This document shows positions 26,672 through 36,099 of a stretch of DNA of 64,000 bases, piece by piece. Position numbers and translations under genes: made by a program. The stretch is from the IMG/VR virus record IMGVR_UViG_3300037467_000966; one strand, written 5' to 3'. Every line of letters starts with the position of its first letter. Within the stretch, counting starts at the first letter, position 1. Origin of the DNA: a virus (Duplodnaviria; Heunggongvirae; Uroviricota; Caudoviricetes). The notes beneath the pieces were generated by a model. That model was not told the DNA's origin and ran no database searches. It saw only the letters and a list, made by a program, of their open reading frames with translations.

Positions 26672-26869
26672 CTAGTCCTCATATTCAATTGGGGATTTCT
26701 TAGCCTGTCTTTCAATCGGCCAGTACTCAATTACCCATGTCAGTGGGAGGATAATATCCCCCGCATCTGACTCTGGAAGTTTCTGAATTGTGTATTCCAT
26801 ATCCAACATTTCCAGAGCTTCCAGATACATAAATAGCTCTTCTAATGTATGAGCTTTTTTAATTAACAT
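26672..26869 (-). CDS. Hypothetical protein
   Basis: AGGAG RBS. Confidence 0.6.
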   Translation of the reverse strand: MLIKKAHTLEELFMYLEALEMLDMEYTIQKLPESDAGDIILPLTWVIEYWPIERQAKKSPIEYED

Positions 26870-26877
26870 GTTGTCTC

Positions 26878-27081
26878 CTACTTTCTTGCAATGTCCTCAA
26901 TGTCATTAATGTTCCAACATGTTGGACAAGTATAACGATACTCTGGAGAATCAGCGACTTCGATTGGCATGATGTTATGCGTCTCGAAATCTTCTTCCGT
27001 TGTTTCGTTCCACTCTTCTGCTGTATGCTCTGATTCACATACTGGGCATTGATACAATGTATCTACTGATGGCATGGACAA
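26878..27081 (-). CDS. Zn-finger hypothetical protein
   Basis: CPVC...CPTC. Confidence 0.65.
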   Translation of the reverse strand: MSMPSVDTLYQCPVCESEHTAEEWNETTEEDFETHNIMPIEVADSPEYRYTCPTCWNINDIEDIARK

Positions 27082-27088
27082 CCCTCCT

Positions 27089-27394
27089 TTACTGTTCTGA
27101 GTGATGTAGTCTTGCTTCTTCCTGAAGTAACTTACGCTTCTTCAAGACATCTGGGTCTGTTGGAGGAAACAATCCCGAAGACTGGATACTTCGTCTTGCC
27201 CGCGTGATGCTTTCTGCCGATGTAGAATGACCAACAAAAGCCTGGACAAAACCTTCACCCATTGGGATGCTATCAACCACTTGCCAGTATTTCAGCAACA
27301 AGTATTTGTCACTGTTGCGTGCTTGTTCGAATGCCTCTAACAATGCTAATACGTTTTGTTTGATTTGTTTCTGGTTCTCTCCATATGTGCTCAT
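27089..27394 (-). CDS. Hypothetical protein
   Basis: SAESITRARR.IQ motif, paralog-like to 33166-33447. Confidence 0.65.
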   Translation of the reverse strand: MSTYGENQKQIKQNVLALLEAFEQARNSDKYLLLKYWQVVDSIPMGEGFVQAFVGHSTSAESITRARRSIQSSGLFPPTDPDVLKKRKLLQEEARLHHSEQ

Positions 27395-27396
27395 TA

Positions 27397-27585
27397 CTAT
27401 TCTACCTCCCGTGGGTCTTCTACTTCTCCCTCTTCATCTACATTGTGCAAGATGTCTACAATCTCTAAATCGTAGCGGTCTTTCTCTTCCACATTCTCTG
27501 TGTTAATTACATTACCGTCATCATCTAATGTGACGATAGCATAGCTTTCAACCACTTCTGAGATAATGGCTTCTACTACTCGCAT
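27397..27585 (-). CDS. Acidic hypothetical protein
   Basis: GGAGGT RBS. Confidence 0.6.
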   Translation of the reverse strand: MRVVEAIISEVVESYAIVTLDDDGNVINTENVEEKDRYDLEIVDILHNVDEEGEVEDPREVE

Positions 27586-27794
27586 TCTACTACCTCCTTT
27601 ACTAAAAGGCTAGCTCTCATTTGAAGCTGCGTGCTTCTCTGAAACATACTCTCTGGACTAATAACGTCAATAGGATACTTGTCATTAATGACTGGGCCAT
27701 TTAATATAATTACATGCTTTCCAATTAGCGAACGATATAGACCAGAGAGAACATCATTGTCCTTTACAAGACAGATGTCTCCTGGCTTGAACAT
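27576..27794 (-). CDS. Hypothetical protein (SH3/KOW-like start MFKPGDIC)
   Basis: GGAGGTG RBS. Confidence 0.6.
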   Translation of the reverse strand: MFKPGDICLVKDNDVLSGLYRSLIGKHVIILNGPVINDKYPIDVISPESMFQRSTQLQMRASLLVKEVVECE

Positions 27795-27806
27795 TTATTT
27801 CACCTC

Positions 27807-28334
27807 CTACTTTTTCTTTGGCAATGGAATAATCTCTTCCATCAATCCAATTAACTCATCTGAGCTGTTAACAATATAGCCATGCTCTTTGATGCCACCA
27901 ACCACATAAAGATTGCGATACATAAATTGGTTTTCAGCAACCTCATTTACTAGTGCATCAATTTTCTTGGCATTCTCTGCACCTTGTTGACGTACATCTG
28001 TATACAACCCAAAGACATAGCGTGGTGCATAACCGTCCATACCTTCTTCCCATTCCTTATGGGTAAGGAAACGTCCTACTTCGGCAGCCACTCCAGAATC
28101 AATTTCGATTCCATCCAGAACCGCAATTAAGATGTCCGCTTCATCAAGATATCTGTTATCTCCTTTAAAGATAGTGCGGCTGTCAGCGTACCCAGTTTTG
28201 TCGTTAAGGGCTTCATTTTCCTGCGGAAGGTATAAGTCTACCCAAGGCAAACTCATTCGAATACGGTGTGCTAGGTACTCGTTATATGCCTGGTCTGCCT
28301 CACTGAATAATCCATTTGCTAAGTATGCTTTCAT
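27807..28334 (-). CDS. Nucleoside 2-deoxyribosyltransferase-family protein
   Basis: YLANGLF, YLPQEN, D...LDEADILIAVLDG..IDSGVAAEVG. Confidence 0.85.
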   Translation of the reverse strand: MKAYLANGLFSEADQAYNEYLAHRIRMSLPWVDLYLPQENEALNDKTGYADSRTIFKGDNRYLDEADILIAVLDGIEIDSGVAAEVGRFLTHKEWEEGMDGYAPRYVFGLYTDVRQQGAENAKKIDALVNEVAENQFMYRNLYVVGGIKEHGYIVNSSDELIGLMEEIIPLPKKK

Positions 28335-28456
28335 TCTTCTTCCTCCTCGAAATCTGTTTCTAGTTCTTCTTCGGTGCTACCACATTCGGGGCAAAAGTAA
28401 GTATCACAACAAGGACACTTCACGAACCACGCTCTACATGTAGGACATTTCTCCAT
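28331..28456 (-). CDS. 41-aa Cys-rich protein (not in ORF track)
   Basis: CPTC..CPCC..CPEC, acidic tail, ATGA overlap. Confidence 0.55.
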   Translation of the reverse strand: MEKCPTCRAWFVKCPCCDTYFCPECGSTEEELETDFEEEEE

Positions 28457-28471
28457 ATTCCATAACCTCCT

Positions 28472-29047
28472 TTAACAGGATGCCCAACCAAAGAACATGT
28501 ATTTATTCTTTCCGCCCTTTACTTTGACATCTTTTGTCTTAGGCTTAATGGTGATAATCTCTTGGCTGCCATTCACCAATCGCTTCTCAATACGAATCTT
28601 CGCTACTTCATTATTAGCTTTCACCCAATCTTTTGCAAACTTCTCTGCTTCAGTCTGAGATGTAAAACTGCGAGATGCACCACCAGCTCTGGAATAAACA
28701 GTGAATACTGTCTCCCACTTGCGAGCACCTTGCTGGTCATAGCGTTCCACCGTTGTAGCATATGGAACTTTCTCAATAGCATCCTGTGATTCTAGTAAAA
28801 TACAACCAGCAGGCCCCCACTTATCTTCAATGCGGTGGTCATCTTTATTCATTAAATGGTAGGCATACTCTTGCTCTTTGCCTTTCCACTTAGCTGGAAC
28901 TGGAATCATAACGAATTCGCTTTTCTCTGCAATCGTTCCAGTGTATCCTCCATGACCATATTCATGTGCGGCATCTGTCACTGCAATGCTGAACGCCTCC
29001 TGCGGTGTCTTGCCCCATGCGTAATCTTCAAATGTACTTGCTCCCAT
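28472..29047 (-). CDS. Hypothetical protein
   Basis: MGA..F; GHGGYTGTIAEK; KWGPAGCI. Confidence 0.7.
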   Translation of the reverse strand: MGASTFEDYAWGKTPQEAFSIAVTDAAHEYGHGGYTGTIAEKSEFVMIPVPAKWKGKEQEYAYHLMNKDDHRIEDKWGPAGCILLESQDAIEKVPYATTVERYDQQGARKWETVFTVYSRAGGASRSFTSQTEAEKFAKDWVKANNEVAKIRIEKRLVNGSQEIITIKPKTKDVKVKGGKNKYMFFGWASC

Positions 29048-29059
29048 TGTTCTTCCTCC

Positions 29060-29257
29060 TTAGTCTACAATTTGCGAATTCAATTCATCAATATGTCCTT
29101 CTAATGCTTCTACCATTTCATCTACTTCTTTTCCTAATGCATCTAGCTTCTCCCATAACTCAGGAGAAAGATTCTCGTGGTTGTCATCCATGAATGATTC
29201 AATTAAAGTGCCAACCTCTGTTTTTCTAACAGGTGCATACCCTCTGTAATATGGCAT
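29060..29257 (-). CDS. Hypothetical protein
   Basis: ATG 29257, TAATG coupling. Confidence 0.6.
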   Translation of the reverse strand: MPYYRGYAPVRKTEVGTLIESFMDDNHENLSPELWEKLDALGKEVDEMVEALEGHIDELNSQIVD

Positions 29258-29757
29258 TACTCTTCCTCCTCTTCGTCCCATCCTTCAAGATAGTAATCAT
29301 CACCGAAGTAATCGGCAACAAATTCAGCAAAGGCTTTCCCTTCGTGCTCCTCTTTGTGTATGATTTCTCCGTCCTTAAAGATAAACAAACCAGCAAATTG
29401 CATACCTTCTTCGTAGTAAGCCAACTCAAATCGTACACCTGGAAAGTCTGGAGATATGTTATTAAACAATTCAAGGGGCGGCCCCCATGGAGTTTCAAAC
29501 CCATAGCCACAATACTCTGGCTCGGAAGCATGCGGCTCTTGATTATCGCGACCCGATATGTCCCACTTGCATCCCCAGTTCTCGACGCGCCAGCCATACC
29601 ATCCTTCATTTTCTTCAAGTTCCTTTGGCATTGGTAGTAGCTTATCAAAGGATAGCCATGGTTCTATGCTCTCATCATTCGCAAGAGCAATCCGCCACTT
29701 ATCCATTGCATCTACTGAACCTGTTACTTCTAATGTATTGTTACACCAGTTAGGCAT
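29257..29757 (-). CDS. YubB/DUF1281 ferredoxin-like family protein
   Basis: MPNWC.N.L, WY.WR..NWG.KWD, FETPW.PP, YYEEG..FAG. Confidence 0.7.
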   Translation of the reverse strand: MPNWCNNTLEVTGSVDAMDKWRIALANDESIEPWLSFDKLLPMPKELEENEGWYGWRVENWGCKWDISGRDNQEPHASEPEYCGYGFETPWGPPLELFNNISPDFPGVRFELAYYEEGMQFAGLFIFKDGEIIHKEEHEGKAFAEFVADYFGDDYYLEGWDEEEEE

Positions 29758-30037
29758 TCTCTAACATTCCTTTCATTTCTGCATTTGTCATTCTCTGTCT
29801 TGATGCCTCAAAGTTTGCATGAATAATTGTATGAACATTGTTTTGACAAAGAGCTACTCTGTGTTCAGAATTTAATAGTTTAATCACTTCATCCGTTGAT
29901 ACATACGACCCTGGTCTAAACATATTTGTTCTGCATTTAGCAACGCTGTAGATACCATTCGATACTTCCATGAAGATGTAATGAGCTTCATAAACAAACT
30001 CAACGCTGTACTGTTTCTTTCTAAACATCTGTATCAC
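29750..30037 (-). CDS. Hypothetical protein
   Basis: ORF track, co-directional. Confidence 0.55.
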   Translation of the reverse strand: MIQMFRKKQYSVEFVYEAHYIFMEVSNGIYSVAKCRTNMFRPGSYVSTDEVIKLLNSEHRVALCQNNVHTIIHANFEASRQRMTNAEMKGMLENA

Positions 30038-30227
30038 TCTCCTTTCTTTTTACCCATCCTGGTTTGCCTCCCAAATCTAAATGATAATCAAGGTAGTCAT
30101 CTACGGCAGGCATGACTTCTTCTGTTACGTTGATACTTGCGCCGCCAAGCTTTCCTTCCTCACTAATATGAAGAACAATATGTCCATTGATGTGTTGGAA
30201 ATTAATCTTATAATTAAATGCTTCCAT
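30021..30227 (-). CDS. Hypothetical protein
   Basis: GGAGG RBS. Confidence 0.6.
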   Translation of the reverse strand: MEAFNYKINFQHINGHIVLHISEEGKLGGASINVTEEVMPAVDDYLDYHLDLGGKPGWVKRKESDTDV

Positions 30228-30238
30228 TAGCTAGCCTC

Positions 30239-30409
30239 CTAGTATGCATACAAATCAAAGGAATCATTTTCTTTTATTTCAACGCCAAGTTCTTTAAACT
30301 TTGCTTTGCCCATCTCAATTAAGCGATGGTCTGATACATTTTCATTTACATTTTCAAGTGAGGTTCGGATGTCATATCCTACTCGCTCGATGACAACCAT
30401 TACATCCAT
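30239..30409 (-). CDS. Hypothetical protein
   Basis: ATG 30409 after GGAGGG. Confidence 0.6.
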   Translation of the reverse strand: MDVMVVIERVGYDIRTSLENVNENVSDHRLIEMGKAKFKELGVEIKENDSFDLYAY

Positions 30410-30426
30410 AGTTTTCCCTCCTAAAT

Positions 30427-30453
30427 AAAAAAGAGACCCCATTAGGAGCCTCT
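30427..30453 (-). terminator. Intrinsic terminator after SNF2 helicase
   Basis: AGAGGCTCC-TAAT-GGGGTCTC then T6, then ATTTAGGAGG. Confidence 0.7.
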
Positions 30454-32245
30454 ACTTTTTCTTTCTAGTCTTACCAGTACCCATGATTTTACTCATGAGG
30501 TTTGCGGATAAGCGATTCATCATGGCACGTTCTTCATCGTTCTTTTCAACGATTTGTCCAGCCAGCTCCCGCTTACGATATAAGGCTTCTTCCACCTTCT
30601 CGTCGATTCCGCCCTGCGTGATAATATCAATAATGAATACATTCTTATGCTCCCCGCCAATACGATGTACGCGTCCCGCACGCTGGTCATACGTTGCTGG
30701 ATTCCATGGGATGTCTAGGTTAATAAGGACATTAGCGAACTGCATGTTCAACCCGTAGTTTGCAGCATCCGTACACACCAGGAAGTTTATTGCTTCATTA
30801 TACTTAAAGTTATCAAGAGCTGCTTGCCTTTCGAAAGGTTTCATTGACCCATTGATAACTTCAACACCACCCATGTCTTTTAATCTGCCCACAGCTAGTG
30901 TTTGCATACGTGCGAATTGGGTGAACACCACAATCTTTTTATTTCCAGATTCAATGTTCTCTTCACATATCTTCTCCAGCTCATCCAGTTTTGGACTCTT
31001 CGGATTCGCTGTCAGCATATCTGTGTATCGGGCCGCCATATTTGAATCACTCATTTGAAGTAGCTCAGGTGCATCCGATACAGCCAGCAATAAGTTGAAG
31101 AACCCAAGCATCTGTCCTTGCTTTGGATGTTCTGTTTCTTCATCCGATTGATTGCGTTCATTAAACTGCTGAATTTCTTTTAGCAATTCTACGAACTCTT
31201 GCTGGATAGCATCCTGAATGCGCTGCTGTTCAGGCGTCATCTCTACACGATACTTATTGAATATCATCTCTGGAAGTTCTGGAGCCACGTCTATCTTCAT
31301 TCGACGGAGCATCTTCGGAGCTACACGCCTGCGAAGTTCACCCAATCGTTTGTATCCAATCTCTACATTCCGCTTGCCAAACTTCTCACCTGTCACCACA
31401 TAGCGGTTGCGGAAAGCCCAGTAGTTTCCTAGCACAGTTGGGTCAAGCCAGTCCATTACATTCCATAATTCATCTGGCTTATTCTGCATTGGCGTTCCTG
31501 TTAATCCAAACTTATACGGAGCATCCAGCATCTTCATCGCTTGTGAAGTCTTCGTCTTATGATTCTTAATGCGATGACATTCATCTGCTACCAATACATC
31601 TACTCGTATCTGCCTGATAGTTTCTAAATCATTTCTGACTAATTCATAATTTATAATAGCAAATAAGTATTCATCTGAGGAAGCGAACTCTATCAGCTGT
31701 TCTTTTCTCTGCTTAGGTGTGCCGTCAATAACAATTCCCTTATGCTCGGTGAACTTACTGATTTCTTCCTTCCACTGATACTTCAATGATGTCGGGCAAA
31801 CTACCAATGCTTTTCTTGCTCTGCCTTCTTTCCAGAGGCGGTGTACTGCACCGATAGCTTGCGGCGTCTTCCCTAATCCCATCTCATCAGCCAGCAATCC
31901 TGTTTGAATATCATGCAGGAAACTAATGCCCACTGCCTGGAATGGATAAGGGTTCAATTTTAAATCCGACAGACCTATGTCTGATACTTCGAATCTTGGG
32001 ATGACAGATTCTTTAATCCCCTTGATTTCTTCCAATGAATTAAACCAAGCAATCTTGTCCTCGCCAACGAAGTTCACGATGTCATCAACATACTCTTTTG
32101 GAATAATCCATGTGTACTTCTCTTCCCAATAGAAAGCACCAGTGAGGCTTCGGAATAGAGTCATTAAGTTTTTGTACGTGTTGCCTCCTAACTGCGTCTC
32201 TATTTTGAGATGGAGGACGTTTCCACTTAACTTAATTGATAACAT
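30452..32245 (-). CDS. SNF2-family (SF2) helicase/translocase
   Basis: LLADEMGLGKT, VVCPTSL, DECH, LTGTP.QN...EL, GLNMQ, WNP...QRAGRVHRIG. Confidence 0.93.
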   Translation of the reverse strand: MLSIKLSGNVLHLKIETQLGGNTYKNLMTLFRSLTGAFYWEEKYTWIIPKEYVDDIVNFVGEDKIAWFNSLEEIKGIKESVIPRFEVSDIGLSDLKLNPYPFQAVGISFLHDIQTGLLADEMGLGKTPQAIGAVHRLWKEGRARKALVVCPTSLKYQWKEEISKFTEHKGIVIDGTPKQRKEQLIEFASSDEYLFAIINYELVRNDLETIRQIRVDVLVADECHRIKNHKTKTSQAMKMLDAPYKFGLTGTPMQNKPDELWNVMDWLDPTVLGNYWAFRNRYVVTGEKFGKRNVEIGYKRLGELRRRVAPKMLRRMKIDVAPELPEMIFNKYRVEMTPEQQRIQDAIQQEFVELLKEIQQFNERNQSDEETEHPKQGQMLGFFNLLLAVSDAPELLQMSDSNMAARYTDMLTANPKSPKLDELEKICEENIESGNKKIVVFTQFARMQTLAVGRLKDMGGVEVINGSMKPFERQAALDNFKYNEAINFLVCTDAANYGLNMQFANVLINLDIPWNPATYDQRAGRVHRIGGEHKNVFIIDIITQGGIDEKVEEALYRKRELAGQIVEKNDEERAMMNRLSANLMSKIMGTGKTRKKK

Positions 32246-32255
32246 CTAATCACTC

Positions 32256-32840
32256 CTACACTTCTTCAGCTTTACGCTTTAACTCGTTATAATACTTGCG
32301 GCATACAGGAAGGTAGTTGATACCTGGAGATACCTGGTCACCATTAAACAATGGTTCACCATTTTCATCTAGTCTCATATTAATGATAGCCTTCTTACCG
32401 CAGCAAGGGCAAATCGTTTTCAGCTCTTGGAACTTATCAGCTATTTCGTACAGCCTTCTACTGCCTTCAAATAGGTTTGTAAAAGCATCTGTACGTAAGC
32501 CGTAGGCCATAACAGGGATTCCTAAATCATCTACGATTTCTCCCAGTTCATCCACTTGTCTAGCCGACAAGAACTGAGCTTCGTCTACTAAGACAGCGGC
32601 GTAATCACTGCCTTCTACTTCCTTATAGACATGCCAATGGTCGTTTGGTCCTATGACTAAGTCCACTTCCCTTTTTACTTCTAATGCTCTAGACTGTACG
32701 TAGACGCCGTCACGAGTATCAATAGCAGGTTTAACAATCAGTACTCGATGACTACGCTCTTCATAATTGTGAGCAGTCATTAATAGCTGAGCAGACTTGC
32801 TTGAATTCATTGGTGCCTGAACAAAATAAAGACTCGCCAT
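32256..32840 (-). CDS. tdk: Thymidine kinase
   Basis: APMNSSKS, VLVDEAQFL, YGLRTD...F.GS, CPCC, Y..VCR. Confidence 0.95.
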   Translation of the reverse strand: MASLYFVQAPMNSSKSAQLLMTAHNYEERSHRVLIVKPAIDTRDGVYVQSRALEVKREVDLVIGPNDHWHVYKEVEGSDYAAVLVDEAQFLSARQVDELGEIVDDLGIPVMAYGLRTDAFTNLFEGSRRLYEIADKFQELKTICPCCGKKAIINMRLDENGEPLFNGDQVSPGINYLPVCRKYYNELKRKAEEV

Positions 32841-32907
32841 TATCTTCTCCCTTTCATAACAAAAGTCAGTTACTTACGCCCCCTCACGCTTTCACTGACT
32901 CTTGAAT

Positions 32908-33153
32908 TTATTTCTCTGTAAGTTCTTCACCTGTATGCGGGTCAATCTTTTCATACCACTTGTGGCGGCAGTTGCGTTTCAAACAAGTATAAGCAACTCG
33001 TGTACGCCAAGTATCCTTGTATGCGCGATTGTGACCGCACTCAGGACAATCCTTTTCTACGTACCTGTCTTTGTACTCGTTACCTTTTGTTTTATATCCC
33101 CGTGACGTACTGATGAATTGATTGTTCTCGTTACTCAAGTAGAGTTCTCCCAT
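32908..33153 (-). CDS. Zn-ribbon hypothetical protein
   Basis: CPECG...C....C. Confidence 0.6.
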   Translation of the reverse strand: MGELYLSNENNQFISTSRGYKTKGNEYKDRYVEKDCPECGHNRAYKDTWRTRVAYTCLKRNCRHKWYEKIDPHTGEELTEK

Positions 33154-33165
33154 CCATATTGTATT

Positions 33166-33447
33166 TTATGGTTGCTCTACCTCTTCCAGTTCCTGTACCA
33201 TGCGTTGCAACTCTAGCAATTCTCTATATCTAGCCAGTTCCTTAGCCTTGCGTCTTGCCCTGCCAATGGTTTCTGGTTGCGTAGCCTTTTCGACTATCTG
33301 GTTGACAACATGTTCTGGTATGTCAATTTCATCGAATACTTGCCAGTAGCTTATTAGCAAATGCAAGTAGTTGTACCTTGTCTGTGGAATATTGTCCATT
33401 AAGAATGCTACTCTTTCTCTGGAGCAATCCAGCTTTAACTCTGCCAT
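33166..33447 (-). CDS. Hypothetical protein
   Basis: ATG 33447 after GGGGG; YWQVFD and PETIGRARR resemble 27089-27394. Confidence 0.6.
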   Translation of the reverse strand: MAELKLDCSRERVAFLMDNIPQTRYNYLHLLISYWQVFDEIDIPEHVVNQIVEKATQPETIGRARRKAKELARYRELLELQRMVQELEEVEQP

Positions 33448-33553
33448 GCGTATCCCCCTATAACTTGTACAAAGACAGAAAATGCCGTACATATATTCCG
33501 TTAAGAATATTATACAGCATTTTAGAAGAAATGGAATATATTTTTCAAAATTT

Positions 33554-34027
33554 TTACTTGCTATTTTTATATTTATTGTATATGTCATTCAGGATTCGGG
33601 CACGTATCTTCCGATACTTTTCGAAGTCCGTCAATCCATACTCCGTTAGCTTCTCTTTATCAATCTTATCCTGAAGGATAATGTCGATATCCTCGAAGCG
33701 GGAAACTAATTCTTGAATATCATTCTGAAGATAACCAAAGACAATTGTTTCACCTGCTGCCTCTGTGAACTGATAGAAGGCATCAAACAAAGTATCAAGT
33801 TCACCTTGAGCAAACTTCAATGCTTCCTTTTCTTCTTCTTTGGTTTGTGCAGGCGGCTCAGGAATCTTTACCCGACGTGTCGGAGTTTTCTTCTTTGGCT
33901 TCTCCTCTGACTTCGGCTCTTCCTTTGCCTCTTCTTTCGGCTCTTCCGTCTTTGTGAATAAATCCTCTAGCATCTTTTTGAACTCTTCATCTGGCTCAAA
34001 ATTTGGCACCTTACCTAACTCCATCAT
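33554..34027 (-). CDS. Hypothetical protein
   Basis: GGAGG RBS. Confidence 0.7.
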   Translation of the reverse strand: MMELGKVPNFEPDEEFKKMLEDLFTKTEEPKEEAKEEPKSEEKPKKKTPTRRVKIPEPPAQTKEEEKEALKFAQGELDTLFDAFYQFTEAAGETIVFGYLQNDIQELVSRFEDIDIILQDKIDKEKLTEYGLTDFEKYRKIRARILNDIYNKYKNSK

Positions 34028-34035
34028 AATTCCTC

Positions 34036-34221
34036 CTATAATTGTTCGTTGTATTTATGTTCGATGTGTCCGCAACCAACGCAATGGTATTGGATTTCCT
34101 TCTTGTAGATGTCTGGCATTTCATAAGATTTCGAACCCTTATAGATAAGGACGAACTCTTTCTTTTCAAACCAACCTTGTCCGCACTTAGGACATCGTTT
34201 GAATTCTTCTGGCAATAACAT
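34036..34221 (-). CDS. Zn-ribbon hypothetical protein
   Basis: CPKCG...CVGCG. Confidence 0.65.
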   Translation of the reverse strand: MLLPEEFKRCPKCGQGWFEKKEFVLIYKGSKSYEMPDIYKKEIQYHCVGCGHIEHKYNEQL

Positions 34222-34233
34222 ATTATCGCCTCC

Positions 34234-34434
34234 TTAAAACAAATACTTTCCTGCTATCATTCCAAGACAGATAGCGATTGTGCAGAATCCTACTATAAGT
34301 ATGCCGATGGCATGTCCTATACCCCCAAGGTATCCTCCTTCTTTTTCTCCAAAGTAGGCAAGGATTCCACATACAATAATGCAGACTACAATAATTAATG
34401 CAATTATTCCCCAAAAAGGAATGGTGATTGTCAT
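34234..34434 (-). CDS. Two-TM membrane protein
   Basis: Two hydrophobic helices. Confidence 0.65.
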   Translation of the reverse strand: MTITIPFWGIIALIIVVCIIVCGILAYFGEKEGGYLGGIGHAIGILIVGFCTIAICLGMIAGKYLF

Positions 34435-34649
34435 TTAATCCCTCTCCAATCATTGCAACCACAGTTTGTGCTGAATGCATGATTAACTTTCATGTTGCAC
34501 CCTAAGCAAAGGATAGAACCATCTTGCATTCTCACTCTTCCAGCACCGATACGCTCTATAATTTTAAAGCCTTGCTGCAAGTCGCGCAATGGTTCTTCAT
34601 TGTCCTTTGAGCTTTTGAAGTTCAGCTTGTAGTCTTTCAATTTCTTCAC
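34431..34649 (-). CDS. Hypothetical protein
   Basis: GTG start, overlap-coupled. Confidence 0.5.
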   Translation of the reverse strand: MKKLKDYKLNFKSSKDNEEPLRDLQQGFKIIERIGAGRVRMQDGSILCLGCNMKVNHAFSTNCGCNDWRGIK

Positions 34650-35340
34650 GAGCCTTTCTTAATTCAAATACCAATTCAAGCTCATGGTCGTATGGCTTAA
34701 TCAAATAGATGGCATCATCATTCTTATAACCGAAGGGAAGATACCAGTAAGGACGTTGCTCTTGGAACGCCTCCAACTCCTGCTTCTCCAGCCAATGCTT
34801 TGGTATGCTTATGGTTTTCTCACCTTTGGAGTTCGTGCTTCCACGCTCTTTGCATTCCATCAAAGCATGATGAAGTTTGATATCACCTTTACTATGCCAC
34901 ATCGCTCCTGAGTTCACCTGGCGCTGCGCTTCTTGCTTTACATATTTCTTAGCAGGCTTTGGTGTATTACCTAAGAAGGTAGGTGCTGTTATTCCTTCAT
35001 CTACTTCTTCTTCTGGTTCATCATCAAAGTCTACACTAATACGTGGCTTTGCAACTGGCTTCTTTTTCTTCTTCGTTCCGAACTTATCATTCCAAGCTCC
35101 AGCTACACGCTTCTCAAAGCCCATACCTTCTTTCTTTTCCTTCTTGTAGGACTTTACTAAAGCATGTTTCTCCGCTTCCTTATTCTCTTCACGGATACGC
35201 ATCTTCTCTTGGAACTCTGCCTTCGGGTCTTTGAAGAGTGCTTCCCCATCGCACAAGTGACACAAAGCATTGTTCGAACAACGTGAATGCATGTCTTCAT
35301 TACACTTGTACTTTCTCATTCTATCACCCACAGTTTTCAT
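34597..35340 (-). CDS. Hjc-like Holliday junction resolvase with N-terminal Cys cluster
   Basis: G..FEKRVA, NSGA....KGDI, LMECK, W.EK...EA. Confidence 0.7.
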   Translation of the reverse strand: MKTVGDRMRKYKCNEDMHSRCSNNALCHLCDGEALFKDPKAEFQEKMRIREENKEAEKHALVKSYKKEKKEGMGFEKRVAGAWNDKFGTKKKKKPVAKPRISVDFDDEPEEEVDEGITAPTFLGNTPKPAKKYVKQEAQRQVNSGAMWHSKGDIKLHHALMECKERGSTNSKGEKTISIPKHWLEKQELEAFQEQRPYWYLPFGYKNDDAIYLIKPYDHELELVFELRKAREEIERLQAELQKLKGQ

Positions 35341-35554
35341 TTGGCGGCAGTATCGTTACTACCATTCCCTTTTCACATACTGCTATAAACTTTGGTGTCC
35401 AGATTCGGTACTGACCTGTCTCTTTGTAATACACCTTCTTTATAGTAGATGTTTCAATATGCTTCTTGATGTCTTTCTCAATCCGCTCTCTTGTTGCCGT
35501 TCGCTTGCCAATTCTTTTTTTGTATCTTCTGATAGCATGCTTCCCGATTTTCAT
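35324..35554 (-). CDS. Small basic protein with HAxxRyxxR motif (DUF4258-like)
   Basis: MKIGKHAIRRYKKRIG...VVTILP. Confidence 0.5.
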   Translation of the reverse strand: MKIGKHAIRRYKKRIGKRTATRERIEKDIKKHIETSTIKKVYYKETGQYRIWTPKFIAVCEKGMVVTILPPNENCG

Positions 35555-35646
35555 CCCCTTGTTTCCCCTCCAAAAACCTTATGTTACTTTGATTGGAAGC
35601 TATTGGAGGGAACCTGTCAAGAGGGGGATTGACCTATTCCCTATGC

Positions 35647-36099
35647 CTACAAAGTACCATAAGGAGATAAATCTTTCTCTAGTTTCAGTACGCCTGAGAT
35701 AGTAATGAGTCGTGCCTGCTTTCCATTTAATACATCTAGCACACCGTATAAGAATGAAGACTTTTCTACCAGCTCTCTCTGTACATCATAGAGATTAATA
35801 ATAGAACCGTTAACATCATACTTCTGAACAGCTTCTGATGCGGCTTTCTTACGGGCAATCTCATTGCTGCCATTTGCCTTTACTCGTTCGATTTCTCGAA
35901 TCAGAATTTCAATCTGTTCTTTCTGGGCACTTATCTCTGCCACTTCTAAGCGAAGCTCAGAGAAGAATGCATCAATGCGGGCTAATAAACCCTTAGCAAC
36001 TCCAGCTGAAATATCCAGAGGGATAACAATCGTAGCTAGCCGCTCTTTATAAGCTTGCTTTTGTTGTTGCCATTGTGTGTCTACTTGCGTAATAACCAA
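35647..36099 (-). CDS. Helical hypothetical protein
   Basis: Long coiled-coil pattern. Confidence 0.65.
   Translation of the reverse strand: MVITQVDTQWQQQKQAYKERLATIVIPLDISAGVAKGLLARIDAFFSELRLEVAEISAQKEQIEILIREIERVKANGSNEIARKKAASEAVQKYDVNGSIINLYDVQRELVEKSSFLYGVLDVLNGKQARLITISGVLKLEKDLSPYGTL

Noticed and set aside
35647-36099. UvsY-like recombination mediator
   Set aside because: Only a vague helical pattern and a GSNE..RK segment; not enough to call without profile search.
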